From a virus (Duplodnaviria; Caudoviricetes): a stretch of DNA of 64,000 nt. Within the stretch, counting starts at the first letter, position 1. Each line of letters begins with the position of its first letter. The notes below the pieces were generated by a model. It did not search any database. It was not told where the DNA came from and worked only from the letters and a program-made list of their open reading frames with translations. The stretch lies in the IMG/VR virus record IMGVR_UViG_3300009868_000001, positions 1-64,000 of that record; one strand, written 5' to 3'. Both the position numbers and the translations under genes were made by a program. This document shows, in pieces, positions 51,347-61,269 of the stretch.

Positions 51347-51355
51347 TTATTTATA
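51347..51355 (-). promoter_or_regulatory. Late promoter TATAAATAA
   Basis: Exact T4 late consensus TATAAATA on the minus strand. Confidence 0.8.
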
Positions 51356-51377
51356 AGAGACACTATCTCTATAAAAT

Positions 51378-51408
51378 AAAAAACCCTAAGATTTCTCTTA
51401 GGGTTTTT
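51378..51408 (-). terminator. Terminator after the major capsid gene
   Basis: AAAAACCCTAAGA-TTTC-TCTTAGGGTTTTT inverted repeat. Confidence 0.85.
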
Positions 51409-51433
51409 GTTATGTGACTTAGTCACTCAGTGC

Positions 51434-53161
51434 TTACGACTGAGGAACTAATGTGCTACCTGTTAGGATACCAAGGTTGTCAACAGTCATTGTGATGTAC
51501 TGAGACTCTGGGTGCCATCCTGCTTCGGTGATTGCATACCTTGACTTCAGTGCGATGACTGGAGACATTGTAGACTCAGAAACAGTTTGGAAGCTTTCAG
51601 CCATGATGTAAGGCATGAACTTGATACCTGGCTCTTCGTCACCACCTTTACGACCGATGAATATACGAGAGTCTCCCCACTTGAAGTTAGGGTCAACGTA
51701 TACTTGAAGACCGTAAACCTTACCGGCTGGATACAGTTGACCTGCACCTGATGGAAGATCGTTGCTGAATGGAGCGATTGAGTAACCTTGAGCATCAGCA
51801 AGAGCAGATGCAACACGTCCGTTTGTTACAACGAAAGTACCGTTACCGAAACGACCACGGTGGTAGATAAGGTTAGCCATTTCAAGGATCTTAGTAGCAA
51901 CCCTTCTTTGTAGAGTAGTGATGTTTTCGAATCCACCAAAACCTGCTGCTAAGTTAAGGGTAGTGATACCTGAACCTTCAACTTGACCAATCTTAGTTGT
52001 GTGAAGCTTACCAAGTTGTAAGTGTTTTACAACAAGTTGCTTGTTGATTGACTGTGCAACATCGTTAACTGCTGTGTTTTCCAACATAGAGATAACGTCA
52101 TAGTTCCATACCCTGTTAAGGTCTTGGATCTGGTTGATTGTTGCAGAGATCTTTACTTGGTCGTCAACTGCTTCGACGAACTTAGTAAACATCTTGATAC
52201 CCATTGAACGGAATTTGTTCTTTTCCGCTACTTCCCTCTTCATACCAGTTGGAAGGGTTGCTTCGTCTCCGTATTCTGGAAGGAATGGACCAACAAATGG
52301 GCTTGTACCAGCTGCATAGTCGTCATCAGACATTGAGGTAAAACCAGAGATATGGTTTTCTAATGCTGAAGTAAGAGCTGCTGTGGTAGTAGTTGTGAAG
52401 TCATAATCTGCAGTAGATGCAGTAAAGGTAATTGTGTTACCGTTAGCTACATATGTTGCGATTGTGTTTGTGCTCGAAGTGTCGTTGATAACCCTTAGGA
52501 TTGGGTTTGCATCCATCCTAGAGAAACCTACAAAACGTAGAGTCAAAGTCTGACCAGATACTACGATTGTTGCTTGAACGTTGTTATCAAGATCTCCCCA
52601 AGTTGAAACACCACCACCAGTTGTTGTCATGGCAGTTGAAGGTGTAATACCTTGGATTTTGATAAGGAACGGTTCGTAGTTAGAATCCAGGTTACCACCT
52701 AAGTATACGTAATCCAGATAAGGTAAGAAACCAACTGGAGCGTCCATAGTAACGACTGGTGTAAAGTCGAATGCTATAGTCTTAGATGCAACTTGAATTG
52801 CAACTGGCATAAGGGTTGGGAACTTGTCACCAGAACCTGATGCTTTGCCTACTGGGTAGTAAGCGTTTTTAGCTGCACCACCTGCAGTGAACGGAGTCAT
52901 GCTGTTGGTTGGAGCTGAGATTTGGCCGATTTGGCTGATCGATGTTGGTTGTTGGAAAAACAGACCAGGAGCACCGCTTTCAAAAAGAGCTCCATACAGT
53001 TGTTGTGGAGTTGCAGTTTGATCGAACATCGCGTGATAGTGGCAGTAATCTGACAACCAAGGTCTTGCTTCCACGTTACCACCATGTGCTTCTACGATAG
53101 GCTTCCACGTTTCGTTGATAACGTTATCGTTAAGCCTCTTGAAAATTTTTAATGATGCCAT
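51434..53161 (-). CDS. 23: Major capsid protein, gp23-like
   Basis: VVTMDAPVG, QIQDL, RGRFGNGTFVVTN, VYVDP, FMPYI, PVIALKSRYAI. Confidence 0.9.
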   Translation of the reverse strand: MASLKIFKRLNDNVINETWKPIVEAHGGNVEARPWLSDYCHYHAMFDQTATPQQLYGALFESGAPGLFFQQPTSISQIGQISAPTNSMTPFTAGGAAKNAYYPVGKASGSGDKFPTLMPVAIQVASKTIAFDFTPVVTMDAPVGFLPYLDYVYLGGNLDSNYEPFLIKIQGITPSTAMTTTGGGVSTWGDLDNNVQATIVVSGQTLTLRFVGFSRMDANPILRVINDTSSTNTIATYVANGNTITFTASTADYDFTTTTTAALTSALENHISGFTSMSDDDYAAGTSPFVGPFLPEYGDEATLPTGMKREVAEKNKFRSMGIKMFTKFVEAVDDQVKISATINQIQDLNRVWNYDVISMLENTAVNDVAQSINKQLVVKHLQLGKLHTTKIGQVEGSGITTLNLAAGFGGFENITTLQRRVATKILEMANLIYHRGRFGNGTFVVTNGRVASALADAQGYSIAPFSNDLPSGAGQLYPAGKVYGLQVYVDPNFKWGDSRIFIGRKGGDEEPGIKFMPYIMAESFQTVSESTMSPVIALKSRYAITEAGWHPESQYITMTVDNLGILTGSTLVPQS

Positions 53162-53178
53162 TTTTAAAATGGATTTTT

Positions 53179-55209
53179 TTAGTTTCGAGCCCTTCTTTTC
53201 AGAGACTCAAGGTATTCGTTTGAATATCCTCTTTGGTGTTCTGCAATCTTGCTAACGTGGACAAATCCTTCTTTACCTTGGTTGCTTTCGTCAAGCTTTT
53301 GCAGTTCTTGATTTCTCTTATTTGTATATATCCTCTCCTGGATGTTACGAAAATCGTAAGAATCCCAGAAGTTTTTAACTTGATATGGAGTATTCAACAC
53401 AAATGTTGTTGCTTTCACAGCAAGTTGATTCTTTTCGCCATCGTTCATAGCTTCAAAAAGTTCTTTGTAACCTTGTGGCATGAACTTTATGTAGGTAGGA
53501 ACTCCGACGTATTTTTGGTTTAGAACAGCTTCCATTAAGTTAAGGACCTCTGCTTCATTTGTATAAACAGAGAACTTAAGTGTCTCAACAATTGCTGTCT
53601 TAGTCTCTTGGTCTAATGAATAGAACTTAGACTTATTATCTTCGCTGAGTAGTTTTAAGAACGGATATTGATTCTCTAATACTGCCTTTGCTGTATTGTT
53701 TTTAACGTAGTTAAGTATCTTATCTACTGATTCGACTATGTCATCTACTGGTGATGATTCATCTACTGATATGTTAAGACCTTCATCTACTTTCTTAACT
53801 TCATCAAGTAATCTGCGAGTTCTTAACTTAGCACTAGGTATAACTGATTCGTTCATCATTTCTGCAACGTGTTCAGTATATAGAACGGTCTTTTCAAGTT
53901 GTTCGCCTAGATAGTCAGAAGAGTATTGGATGCTTTCTCCAAGTGTTTCACCGAGATAGTTTGCGTACCCAACAACACTCTTAATGTTCTTACCTAAGTA
54001 TTCAGAATATCTGATACCTTTCTCAGCCATTTCTCCAACATATTCAGTATATCCTACTCCTCTTTGGATAGACTCTGCTAGGTAGTTCATGTAACCTACG
54101 CTTTGGTTAAAGTTACGTCCTAAATAATTTGAATAGTTGACTGCTTCGTTTAAGGTAGTTCCTAAGTAAGCTGCATAACCACGAGTTTGGTTAACGCTCT
54201 CTGTGAGGTAATTGGAGAAACCAATAACCTTGTTGACCATTGTGCCAACATGTTCAGAGTAACCGATGCTCTTATTTTGCATTTCTGCCAGATAGTCAGC
54301 GTAATTAGTTACGTTCTGAATTTCTGTTGCTAAGTAGTTAACGTATTCTACCAGTTTAGGATCTTGAGTCGTTGACTCATTAACCCTTCCTGATTTAAGG
54401 TCGTTTATCAACCCAGTTAACTGGTCGAATTTTTCCTTAACTACTTCTGTGTACTTATTAAATTGCTCTGCTGTGATGTATGCACCCTGCATTTCCAATA
54501 TGTTATTTTCGTTGAAATCGTTGAAAATGTTTTTCTTATTTATCTTGTAAACTTGAATAGACTCAGATAGACCGAGGCTCTCGCTAATGTTTTGGAAATT
54601 GTTTACGGAGATAACAGATTCCTTTTTCAAAGAATCGAAAGCTTCGAAAAGCTTATTATAGTTATAATCATAACTTTCATTTAAAGTGGTCCTGTGAAGA
54701 GATGCTTCCTCGAAGCCAGGTTCTGCCACTAGGTCATATGTGAAGATTCTATGAAGTTTGACCCTTCCTTCATTCATTATTTGACCAGCAGCTCTTGATG
54801 AGATTGATACTGTGCAACCTGATTCTACGATAGTCTTTGCTATCCTACCACATGGAGTATCAAGAAGCTTTACACGTATTTTAACTCTATTTGAACCTTC
54901 ATCATATGTAAGAGATTCAACAACGTGTGAAACGTTTTTAAGAGCAATATCAAAATCCTTTGGGTGGTCTAATTCTCCGAAGAGCTTACCCCTCTTGATT
55001 TTTTCTTGTAAATATGTAAGATGGGGAAGGTATTCGTCCTTCTCGTAAATACGATTGTTATTGTTCTTAACTCCAAAAACAGCTGCAGTTCCCTCTAACG
55101 TAATATCATCTCCTGACTTATTAACAGTTAGAGCCTCGTTTACCCTAGTTATAACAAACGCTGGGTTATCAATGGATGCAAAAAGCTTTGCAAAATCGGG
55201 TGCTACCAA
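53179..55209 (-). CDS. 21: Prohead protease (gp21-like) fused to a scaffold/core domain
   Basis: LEGTAAVFGVKNNNNRIY, GELDHP, VSH, TPCGRI, SISSRAAG, TYDLVAEPGF; long repeat-rich C-terminus; late promoter at 55228-55236. Confidence 0.88.
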   Translation of the reverse strand: MVAPDFAKLFASIDNPAFVITRVNEALTVNKSGDDITLEGTAAVFGVKNNNNRIYEKDEYLPHLTYLQEKIKRGKLFGELDHPKDFDIALKNVSHVVESLTYDEGSNRVKIRVKLLDTPCGRIAKTIVESGCTVSISSRAAGQIMNEGRVKLHRIFTYDLVAEPGFEEASLHRTTLNESYDYNYNKLFEAFDSLKKESVISVNNFQNISESLGLSESIQVYKINKKNIFNDFNENNILEMQGAYITAEQFNKYTEVVKEKFDQLTGLINDLKSGRVNESTTQDPKLVEYVNYLATEIQNVTNYADYLAEMQNKSIGYSEHVGTMVNKVIGFSNYLTESVNQTRGYAAYLGTTLNEAVNYSNYLGRNFNQSVGYMNYLAESIQRGVGYTEYVGEMAEKGIRYSEYLGKNIKSVVGYANYLGETLGESIQYSSDYLGEQLEKTVLYTEHVAEMMNESVIPSAKLRTRRLLDEVKKVDEGLNISVDESSPVDDIVESVDKILNYVKNNTAKAVLENQYPFLKLLSEDNKSKFYSLDQETKTAIVETLKFSVYTNEAEVLNLMEAVLNQKYVGVPTYIKFMPQGYKELFEAMNDGEKNQLAVKATTFVLNTPYQVKNFWDSYDFRNIQERIYTNKRNQELQKLDESNQGKEGFVHVSKIAEHQRGYSNEYLESLKRRARN
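53860..54351 (-). repeat. About 12 tandem 14-aa repeats (YxxYLxE...) in the scaffold domain
   Basis: YVNYLATE, YADYLAE, YSEHVG, FSNYLTE, YAAYLG, YSNYLG, YMNYLAE, YTEYVGE, YSEYLG, YANYLGE and others. Confidence 0.85.
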
Positions 55210-55279
55210 CTTGGTCTAATTTTTTTCTTATTTATTAAGAGAAGACCAAGTAAAAATGAAAAGGTGTGTAATTATCCTA

Positions 55280-56203
55280 TCATCTGCACTTTTTTAGGAT
55301 AGTTTTCAGCGTTTCTAACTCACTTTCAGTAATATTTTTAGTGTTTAGGTCTCTTGGTTGAACAATAAACACATAGTTAGATACCACGTCATTAGGCATT
55401 TTTATGCCTTTATTATAGATTGTAAACTTAATTCTACTTAAATTCGATGAGTCGTATGATTTGACCTTAAACTTTTCTCCAACACATGTATCCACAAAGA
55501 TTGGTTCCTTTAAAAGCAAGTCGACCAGGTTACATGGAACTACATGATACACAGTTCCATCAGGCTCCATCCATAAAGTATCATCCGTTTTAAAAACTAT
55601 GTCAATTAAGGCGTCACCTGCGTATTTTACGTTCATACTGACCTGTTCTTCACCCATACCCTTAGCTATAAACCTAATATAATAGGTCTGTTCACCATTA
55701 TTGTTTAGGATATTAATAGGTTGCCAGTTTTCCCTAAGGTTAACCTTTATTGTTATAGATTCGTTTGAGATTGAACCAATACCTACGTCTGAAACAATGG
55801 TTCGTGAATATGGTATTTCAAACGAGACTCCTTTCATCAAATCAGCAAGAGGCACTTCCTTTCTAATATAAATGTTAAGGTTTTCGACTGACCTATTTGA
55901 TTTTTCAAAGTCCTTAAACCATCTATCTCTAAAACTAGTTCCAAAACCATCGATAAAATCTGCTCGACCGAAATCGGAGCTGAAGGATTGTTCGCTAGTC
56001 TCAGGCGTTTTTCTTCGTACGTCGTATTTTTGACGGGCTGTTTCGTTTCCTAATGTCTCAAAAGCTTCAGTTATTTCCTTAAACTTGTTTTCGTCTCCTC
56101 CCTTATCAGGGTGATGTTTCTTCGCAAGGTTACGGTATGCTGTTTTTATCTGAGCAGCCGTCGCATTTTCATTAACTCCTAATATTTTATAATAGTCTTT
56201 CAT
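55280..56203 (-). CDS. dnaJ: DnaJ-family co-chaperone without Zn finger
   Basis: DYYKILGV, AYRNLAKKHHPDKGG J-domain; C-terminal substrate-binding-like domain. Confidence 0.9.
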   Translation of the reverse strand: MKDYYKILGVNENATAAQIKTAYRNLAKKHHPDKGGDENKFKEITEAFETLGNETARQKYDVRRKTPETSEQSFSSDFGRADFIDGFGTSFRDRWFKDFEKSNRSVENLNIYIRKEVPLADLMKGVSFEIPYSRTIVSDVGIGSISNESITIKVNLRENWQPINILNNNGEQTYYIRFIAKGMGEEQVSMNVKYAGDALIDIVFKTDDTLWMEPDGTVYHVVPCNLVDLLLKEPIFVDTCVGEKFKVKSYDSSNLSRIKFTIYNKGIKMPNDVVSNYVFIVQPRDLNTKNITESELETLKTILKKCR

Positions 56204-56209
56204 TTCCTT

Positions 56210-56236
56210 AAACTAAGAAGCATAGCTTAGTATAAT
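56210..56236 (+). promoter_or_regulatory. Early/middle promoter AAACT-N15-GTATAAT heading the glycan operon
   Basis: Variant of the shared motif. Confidence 0.55.
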
Positions 56237-56268
56237 ACTTTACTAAAAAAGGAAATAATCAGGACAAA

Positions 56269-56919
56269 TTGGAGCTCAAAAATTTCATCCAGGCCCACCC
56301 AAATGAAAAATTTCTCATTCTTGGAAACGGAAAGTCAATTTTAAATCTTCCTAAAAAGATTGACTTAATTACCATTGGTGTAAATGACATAGAACGCCAT
56401 ATGATTCCTACTTATTTAGTTTTAACAGACAATCCTAATAGATTTGGTGTTGTAAATTCCAAACGAAGAAACCAAGTTCAATCGACTAAATCTAAGTTTG
56501 TCTTTGTTTTCGATAAATGGTGGACTTTTAAAAGTGATGACGGAAAAAACTTAGACTATAAAAGAATAGTCATGAAATTAGGTAAAAAGGGAAAACTTGA
56601 TAACCTAGATTCAAAGGACACTGTTGACTATTCAATAACGTCTCCGTATGTCGCTGCTATACTTGCATATAAAATGGGAGCCAAAGAAATTGGAATAATC
56701 GGAGTTGATTTTACGGACGGTCATTTTTATAGACCAGAGGATGGTGTTCACCCTATAGTTAAATCGTCTCGGTTAGAAGAGGTTGAGTGTCATTTCAAGG
56801 CATTAACTGAAGAGCTTGAACGTCGTGGTATTAAGGTTTGGAACTTAAGTGAAGAATCTATCTTAAAGCCAATTCCAAAAAAGAGCCTAAGTGAGTTTTT
56901 ATGTTACCAGACAACGTGA
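56269..56919 (+). CDS. Maf/DUF115-like (CstII/sialyltransferase-related fold) putative nonulosonate transferase
   Basis: ILGNGKS, TIGVN, PTYLVLTD, MGAKEIGIIGVDF, VWNLS; directly upstream of the NeuA-like gene. Confidence 0.65.
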   Translation: MELKNFIQAHPNEKFLILGNGKSILNLPKKIDLITIGVNDIERHMIPTYLVLTDNPNRFGVVNSKRRNQVQSTKSKFVFVFDKWWTFKSDDGKNLDYKRIVMKLGKKGKLDNLDSKDTVDYSITSPYVAAILAYKMGAKEIGIIGVDFTDGHFYRPEDGVHPIVKSSRLEEVECHFKALTEELERRGIKVWNLSEESILKPIPKKSLSEFLCYQTT

Positions 56920-57527
56920 AGATAGTTATACCTGCCAGAAGAGGTTCTAAGGGGTTTCCGTTTAAAAACAGAAAGCTTCTTCAATATACTCTTAATTCAA
57001 TTCCTAAAAAATATAGGAAAATGGTCTGGATAACGACGGATGACGAAAAAATTATAGATAAATGTAGAGGTGATTATAATGTAGTTGTTAGACCTAAATC
57101 ATTAGCACAGGATAATACTCCAATATGGAACTCCATGTTTCACCTCATTATTTCCAATAAGTCCTTTAAAAAGGACGACATTATCATAATGTTGTATTTA
57201 ACTTACCCAGATAGAAAATGGAAGTTAGTATTAAAGGCATTAAAGTTCTTTAAGAAACATAAAGCTAAAAGTCTTTTATGTAAAATTAAGGTTGATTCTC
57301 ATCCATATTTAATGATGTATGAAAACGGAATCAACGGCCGAATGATTGTATCTCACAATAAGTTTAGAAGACAAGACTATCCTGAAGTCTTTGAGCTCAG
57401 TCATTGTGTTTGCATCTTTAAAGTTAGTGAAATCCAAAACCTAGGTAGAAACCTATGGAATAATAATACAGTATACTTTCCAATTAAAAGACATCGGGAC
57501 GTAGACTATAAAAATCAATATAAGTAG
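56901..57527 (+). CDS. neuA: Acylneuraminate cytidylyltransferase (CMP-nonulosonate synthetase)
   Basis: IVIPARRGSKGFPFKN, ITTDD, RPKSLAQD, LTYPDR, RRQD, DVD. Confidence 0.85.
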   Translation: MLPDNVKIVIPARRGSKGFPFKNRKLLQYTLNSIPKKYRKMVWITTDDEKIIDKCRGDYNVVVRPKSLAQDNTPIWNSMFHLIISNKSFKKDDIIIMLYLTYPDRKWKLVLKALKFFKKHKAKSLLCKIKVDSHPYLMMYENGINGRMIVSHNKFRRQDYPEVFELSHCVCIFKVSEIQNLGRNLWNNNTVYFPIKRHRDVDYKNQYK

Positions 57528-57532
57528 TAAAA

Positions 57533-59077
57533 ATGAAAAGTGCGTTATTTACATACATTACAGAGTATTTGGTAAATGAGGTTGAACATGCAATAGATTC
57601 ATTTATGGTCAATCATGATGATTTTAATGGTAACATAATCATCCTGTATTCTAAATATGAACCGATAAGTGAAAAGACTCAACTTAAATTTAAGGAAAAA
57701 TATAACCCAATATTCAAATTAGTTTCAAGTGCTGGCCTTGATGTATTGTATTCAAGACTCAGAGGAGAGTTTAATCAAAACCCTTCAATCTGTCAATATC
57801 TTTTAGTTGAAGCATTAGGCGCCGTAAGTTATGACAAAATATATGCGATTTCGCCTAAAGTAACGATGACAGGCAAGTCAGACCAATATGTAAAAGCAGG
57901 TGACATAATTTTCTTTAAAAAGGATATGACTTATCGTGAAGATAAGAAGTTAATAGTTAGACTGGGACCAACTCTAGTCAATCCTAACTTTTTTATAGTT
58001 AACAAGCCGGCAATGGGGCAAAATTATCCAGGTTTTTTATATAAGAACCTTGTGTTTAATCGAGACCTAAGTACTGCAATGACTTATTTTCTCGTAAACT
58101 ATCTTTCAACCAAATGTCAGGTAAAAATTCTTGAAAATTCAGCTTTTCCAATAGTCGAAAATTTTTCAAATCAGGCATTTCCGATATTCGTTGCAAATCA
58201 ATCGAGGATGATAGGGATAGACTTTACGTTTATCAATAATGTAAATCAAAAAAATTATCTAAAGGTCCTGGATTTTTACAAAAAGAACCGGGAATTTGTT
58301 GATTCGTCTATCAAAGATAGACTTTTTAGGTATTCACCAGACAATTCTTTTGAAAATATTGACGTAGATATTGCAACTGAAATACCAGATGACTTGAAAT
58401 ACAATGTTCAGGGCCAAAATGAAAAATTATGTTTAATTGTCTCATTTAGAAACAGAGACCAACACCTCGAGGTATTTCTTCCATACATAACTGCGTACCT
58501 TGAAAATGTCAATAATATTCATGACTATCAAATAGTTATAGTCGAACAGGCCGACAATAAGCCATTCAATCGTGCTAAACTATTTAACATAGGTGTTAAT
58601 GAATGTCCTGGTTTCGATTACTATTGTTTTCATGACATTGACCTAATTCCAATCAATGTAGACTATTCATATTCACCTGATCCAACACACTTAGCTGTTT
58701 ATGTAGAACAGTTCGGTTATGAGATTCCATATGCTGAATATTGGGGAGGAGTCATTATTGTTCCGACTGATTCATTTAAAGCAGTTAACGGATTTAGTAA
58801 TGAATATTGGGGATGGGGAGCAGAGGATGATGATTTTTACCATCGTTTGTTAAATGGTAAATGTAATCCTGTTCGACGACCTGGCGGTAAATACAGGTCT
58901 CTTTCACATGTTAGTAATATGGATCCAGTCATACGTGAGAAAAACTGGAAACAGTTTTTGGAAGCTAAAAATTCTGGATTTAATAAGCAAATAAGCAGCG
59001 GTCTTTCAAACCTAGAGTATAAACTTCTTAGTGTTTCAGGATACGGCAAAATAAAATTTATCAAGGCTGAATTATGA
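57533..59077 (+). CDS. GT7 beta-1,4-galactosyltransferase-like domain fused to a divergent N-terminal domain
   Basis: FRNRDQHL, FNRAKLFNIG, FHDIDL, YWGGV, VNGFSNEYWGWGAEDDD. Confidence 0.88.
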   Translation: MKSALFTYITEYLVNEVEHAIDSFMVNHDDFNGNIIILYSKYEPISEKTQLKFKEKYNPIFKLVSSAGLDVLYSRLRGEFNQNPSICQYLLVEALGAVSYDKIYAISPKVTMTGKSDQYVKAGDIIFFKKDMTYREDKKLIVRLGPTLVNPNFFIVNKPAMGQNYPGFLYKNLVFNRDLSTAMTYFLVNYLSTKCQVKILENSAFPIVENFSNQAFPIFVANQSRMIGIDFTFINNVNQKNYLKVLDFYKKNREFVDSSIKDRLFRYSPDNSFENIDVDIATEIPDDLKYNVQGQNEKLCLIVSFRNRDQHLEVFLPYITAYLENVNNIHDYQIVIVEQADNKPFNRAKLFNIGVNECPGFDYYCFHDIDLIPINVDYSYSPDPTHLAVYVEQFGYEIPYAEYWGGVIIVPTDSFKAVNGFSNEYWGWGAEDDDFYHRLLNGKCNPVRRPGGKYRSLSHVSNMDPVIREKNWKQFLEAKNSGFNKQISSGLSNLEYKLLSVSGYGKIKFIKAEL

Positions 59078-59691
59078 AAATTGATTTGACTAAAATTCCT
59101 GCTTTTTGGTTTGGTGGCATTAAACCAAATCGGGCAAAAAGAATCACAAATATGTTTAAGCGGACAGGTATCAATGCTTCCAAGCTTGAAACATTTATAG
59201 ATTCCGACCCGGTTATGGGTTGTGCACTCAGTATGAAAAACGCCCTTAAGGTCGTCAATCAAATAGACGAACCATGTTTAGTATTTGAGGATGACGCAGA
59301 AACTACTGCCCATGTTAGGTCTATGGTTATTGAAGTTCCTGATGATGCAGATGCAGTTTATCTTTGTTTAAGTAAATATGGAGTAATGAAGGATTGGAAA
59401 CTTCAACACCGAGATAAAATGGCTTCAGAAAAGGATTTTTCCTTTGTTAGGACCAGAGATCCTAGATTTGTTAAGTTAAACAATATGGTAACGTTGACTG
59501 CTGTTGTTTACATAACTGAGAGGTATAAGAAACATGCATTAAAAGAAATTGATTCAGTGATTCCTACCAAACTTCACTGTGATGTTCCTATTGCATTGGC
59601 CTTACGTGATTTTAATGTATATGCTATGACCAAACCTCTTTTTTATCAAGAGTGCCCATTGTCTAAAAAAACAACCAATTTTGTGCTATGA
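59074..59691 (+). CDS. GT25-like glycosyltransferase
   Basis: GCALS, CLVFEDDA, LTAVVYI, HCDV, LFYQ. Confidence 0.65.
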   Translation: MKIDLTKIPAFWFGGIKPNRAKRITNMFKRTGINASKLETFIDSDPVMGCALSMKNALKVVNQIDEPCLVFEDDAETTAHVRSMVIEVPDDADAVYLCLSKYGVMKDWKLQHRDKMASEKDFSFVRTRDPRFVKLNNMVTLTAVVYITERYKKHALKEIDSVIPTKLHCDVPIALALRDFNVYAMTKPLFYQECPLSKKTTNFVL

Positions 59692-60512
59692 TAGCAAGAA
59701 CTTTTTTCTCTAGAAAATGGAACGATAATGGGGAACCTTGGTTTCAAGTTGACCTTCCGTTTAAGTGTGATATTTACATGAATTATATAGACCATGAAAC
59801 CCTTGCTAAAACCCCATCAGGCGTTAAAAAGGTTTTCATGGACATAAACGAACCTACGTTTTACGGTCAGTCTGTTGAGACTTTATTGGAAAACGCTGAT
59901 AAATTTAATGCTATAATAACTAAACACCAAAGTGTTATAAATTCGATTCCTTGGGCAACAACTGATATTTGGGCATCAAGCTACATTATTCCCAACAAAA
60001 ATATAGACAAGGATTTCTCCGTTTCCTTTCTTTGCACGAATAAAAAAGGTTACCCTGGATACGAAGTCAGACACCAGCTTTGGAACAGACAGGACGAAAT
60101 AACAGTCCCAAAAAGATTTTGGAGTTCAAAATATCTACCAGTAGACCCCAATCGCATTTTACCTGGAACCGGTGAAAATACCGATAAGATTGTTTTATTT
60201 AAGTCTATGTTTTCAATCTGTCCTGAAAATTCAAGTGAAGAGAACTACCTTACTGAAAAGATTATGGATTGTTTTTTAACGATGACTGTTCCAATCTATC
60301 GTGGGTGCACGAATTTTGAAAAATATTTTAATCCAAACGGTGTCATCTTTTTTAATGACATTGACGATTTAATTCAAAAGATTAATAATTTAACTCCTTA
60401 TGAATATTTCAGTAGACTTCCAGCTATGCAGGAAAATTTCAACAAAGCTATGAAAATGATGAATCCCGGTGAAAGAGTTAGGGATCTCATTTTACAAAAA
60501 ATAAAACAATAA
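59688..60512 (+). CDS. GT10 alpha-1,3-fucosyltransferase-like
   Basis: FSICPENSSEENYLTEKIMDCFLTMTVPIYRG alpha-3 FucT motif. Confidence 0.85.
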   Translation: MIARTFFSRKWNDNGEPWFQVDLPFKCDIYMNYIDHETLAKTPSGVKKVFMDINEPTFYGQSVETLLENADKFNAIITKHQSVINSIPWATTDIWASSYIIPNKNIDKDFSVSFLCTNKKGYPGYEVRHQLWNRQDEITVPKRFWSSKYLPVDPNRILPGTGENTDKIVLFKSMFSICPENSSEENYLTEKIMDCFLTMTVPIYRGCTNFEKYFNPNGVIFFNDIDDLIQKINNLTPYEYFSRLPAMQENFNKAMKMMNPGERVRDLILQKIKQ

Positions 60513-60513
60513 C

Positions 60514-61269
60514 GTGGATTTAATAGTCGATAATAAAAACAAGGTCCTAGTGTTTTGGAATGCTAAGTGTGGGTGTTCTTTTGTAAAAGCATTATTTTTA
60601 CAATCTCGTGAAATACCTTTACCTGAGTTTGAGCAGTTACATGAAATCATAGGATATGGGTATAGTCCAAACCAGGAATTTTCGTTTATTGATACAAACG
60701 ATTTAGAAAGATATTCTTCATATAAAAAGGTCCTTATCGTTAGGGACCCATATAAAAGATTGGTGAGCGGATTCTTAGAAAAGATCCCCAAATGGATTAA
60801 GGCTGGTCACTTTAATCAATCATGTTACCTGTCATTTAACGATTTTATTTCTAAAATATCAGAGATAAACGGAGTAGTTTCATGTGGCTCTTCTTCTTTT
60901 TATGACATTAAACACTTCATTCCCCAGTTTTCTGAAAAATATGAAATATTTGAAAAGATGGGGTGGACTTTTGACTATGTGATAGACGTTTCTCAGCTTT
61001 CTAAAAATATAGATGTGTTTGAGAACTTATTCAGTTCTAAACTCGATGAAGTCGCTGCATTTGAAATTGGTAGCTCACACCAAGTCAAATATTCCGATTC
61101 AATTAGAGAAGGTTCAGCAGACGTTCCACTAGAAGAATGGATGAACACTAACGTTTTCCCAAACTACAAAAGCTTTTATATGAACGAACAGGTCATGCAG
61201 TCCTTTAATCATCTCTATTCAAATGACCTACTAAAATTAAAAGAACTTGGTTTTGAATATTCATTATGA
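60514..61269 (+). CDS. Carbohydrate sulfotransferase (Sulfotransfer_2-like)
   Basis: 5'-PSB-like NAKCGCS, 3'-PB VRDPYKRLVSGF, HFIPQ, YSNDL. Confidence 0.8.
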   Translation: MDLIVDNKNKVLVFWNAKCGCSFVKALFLQSREIPLPEFEQLHEIIGYGYSPNQEFSFIDTNDLERYSSYKKVLIVRDPYKRLVSGFLEKIPKWIKAGHFNQSCYLSFNDFISKISEINGVVSCGSSSFYDIKHFIPQFSEKYEIFEKMGWTFDYVIDVSQLSKNIDVFENLFSSKLDEVAAFEIGSSHQVKYSDSIREGSADVPLEEWMNTNVFPNYKSFYMNEQVMQSFNHLYSNDLLKLKELGFEYSL

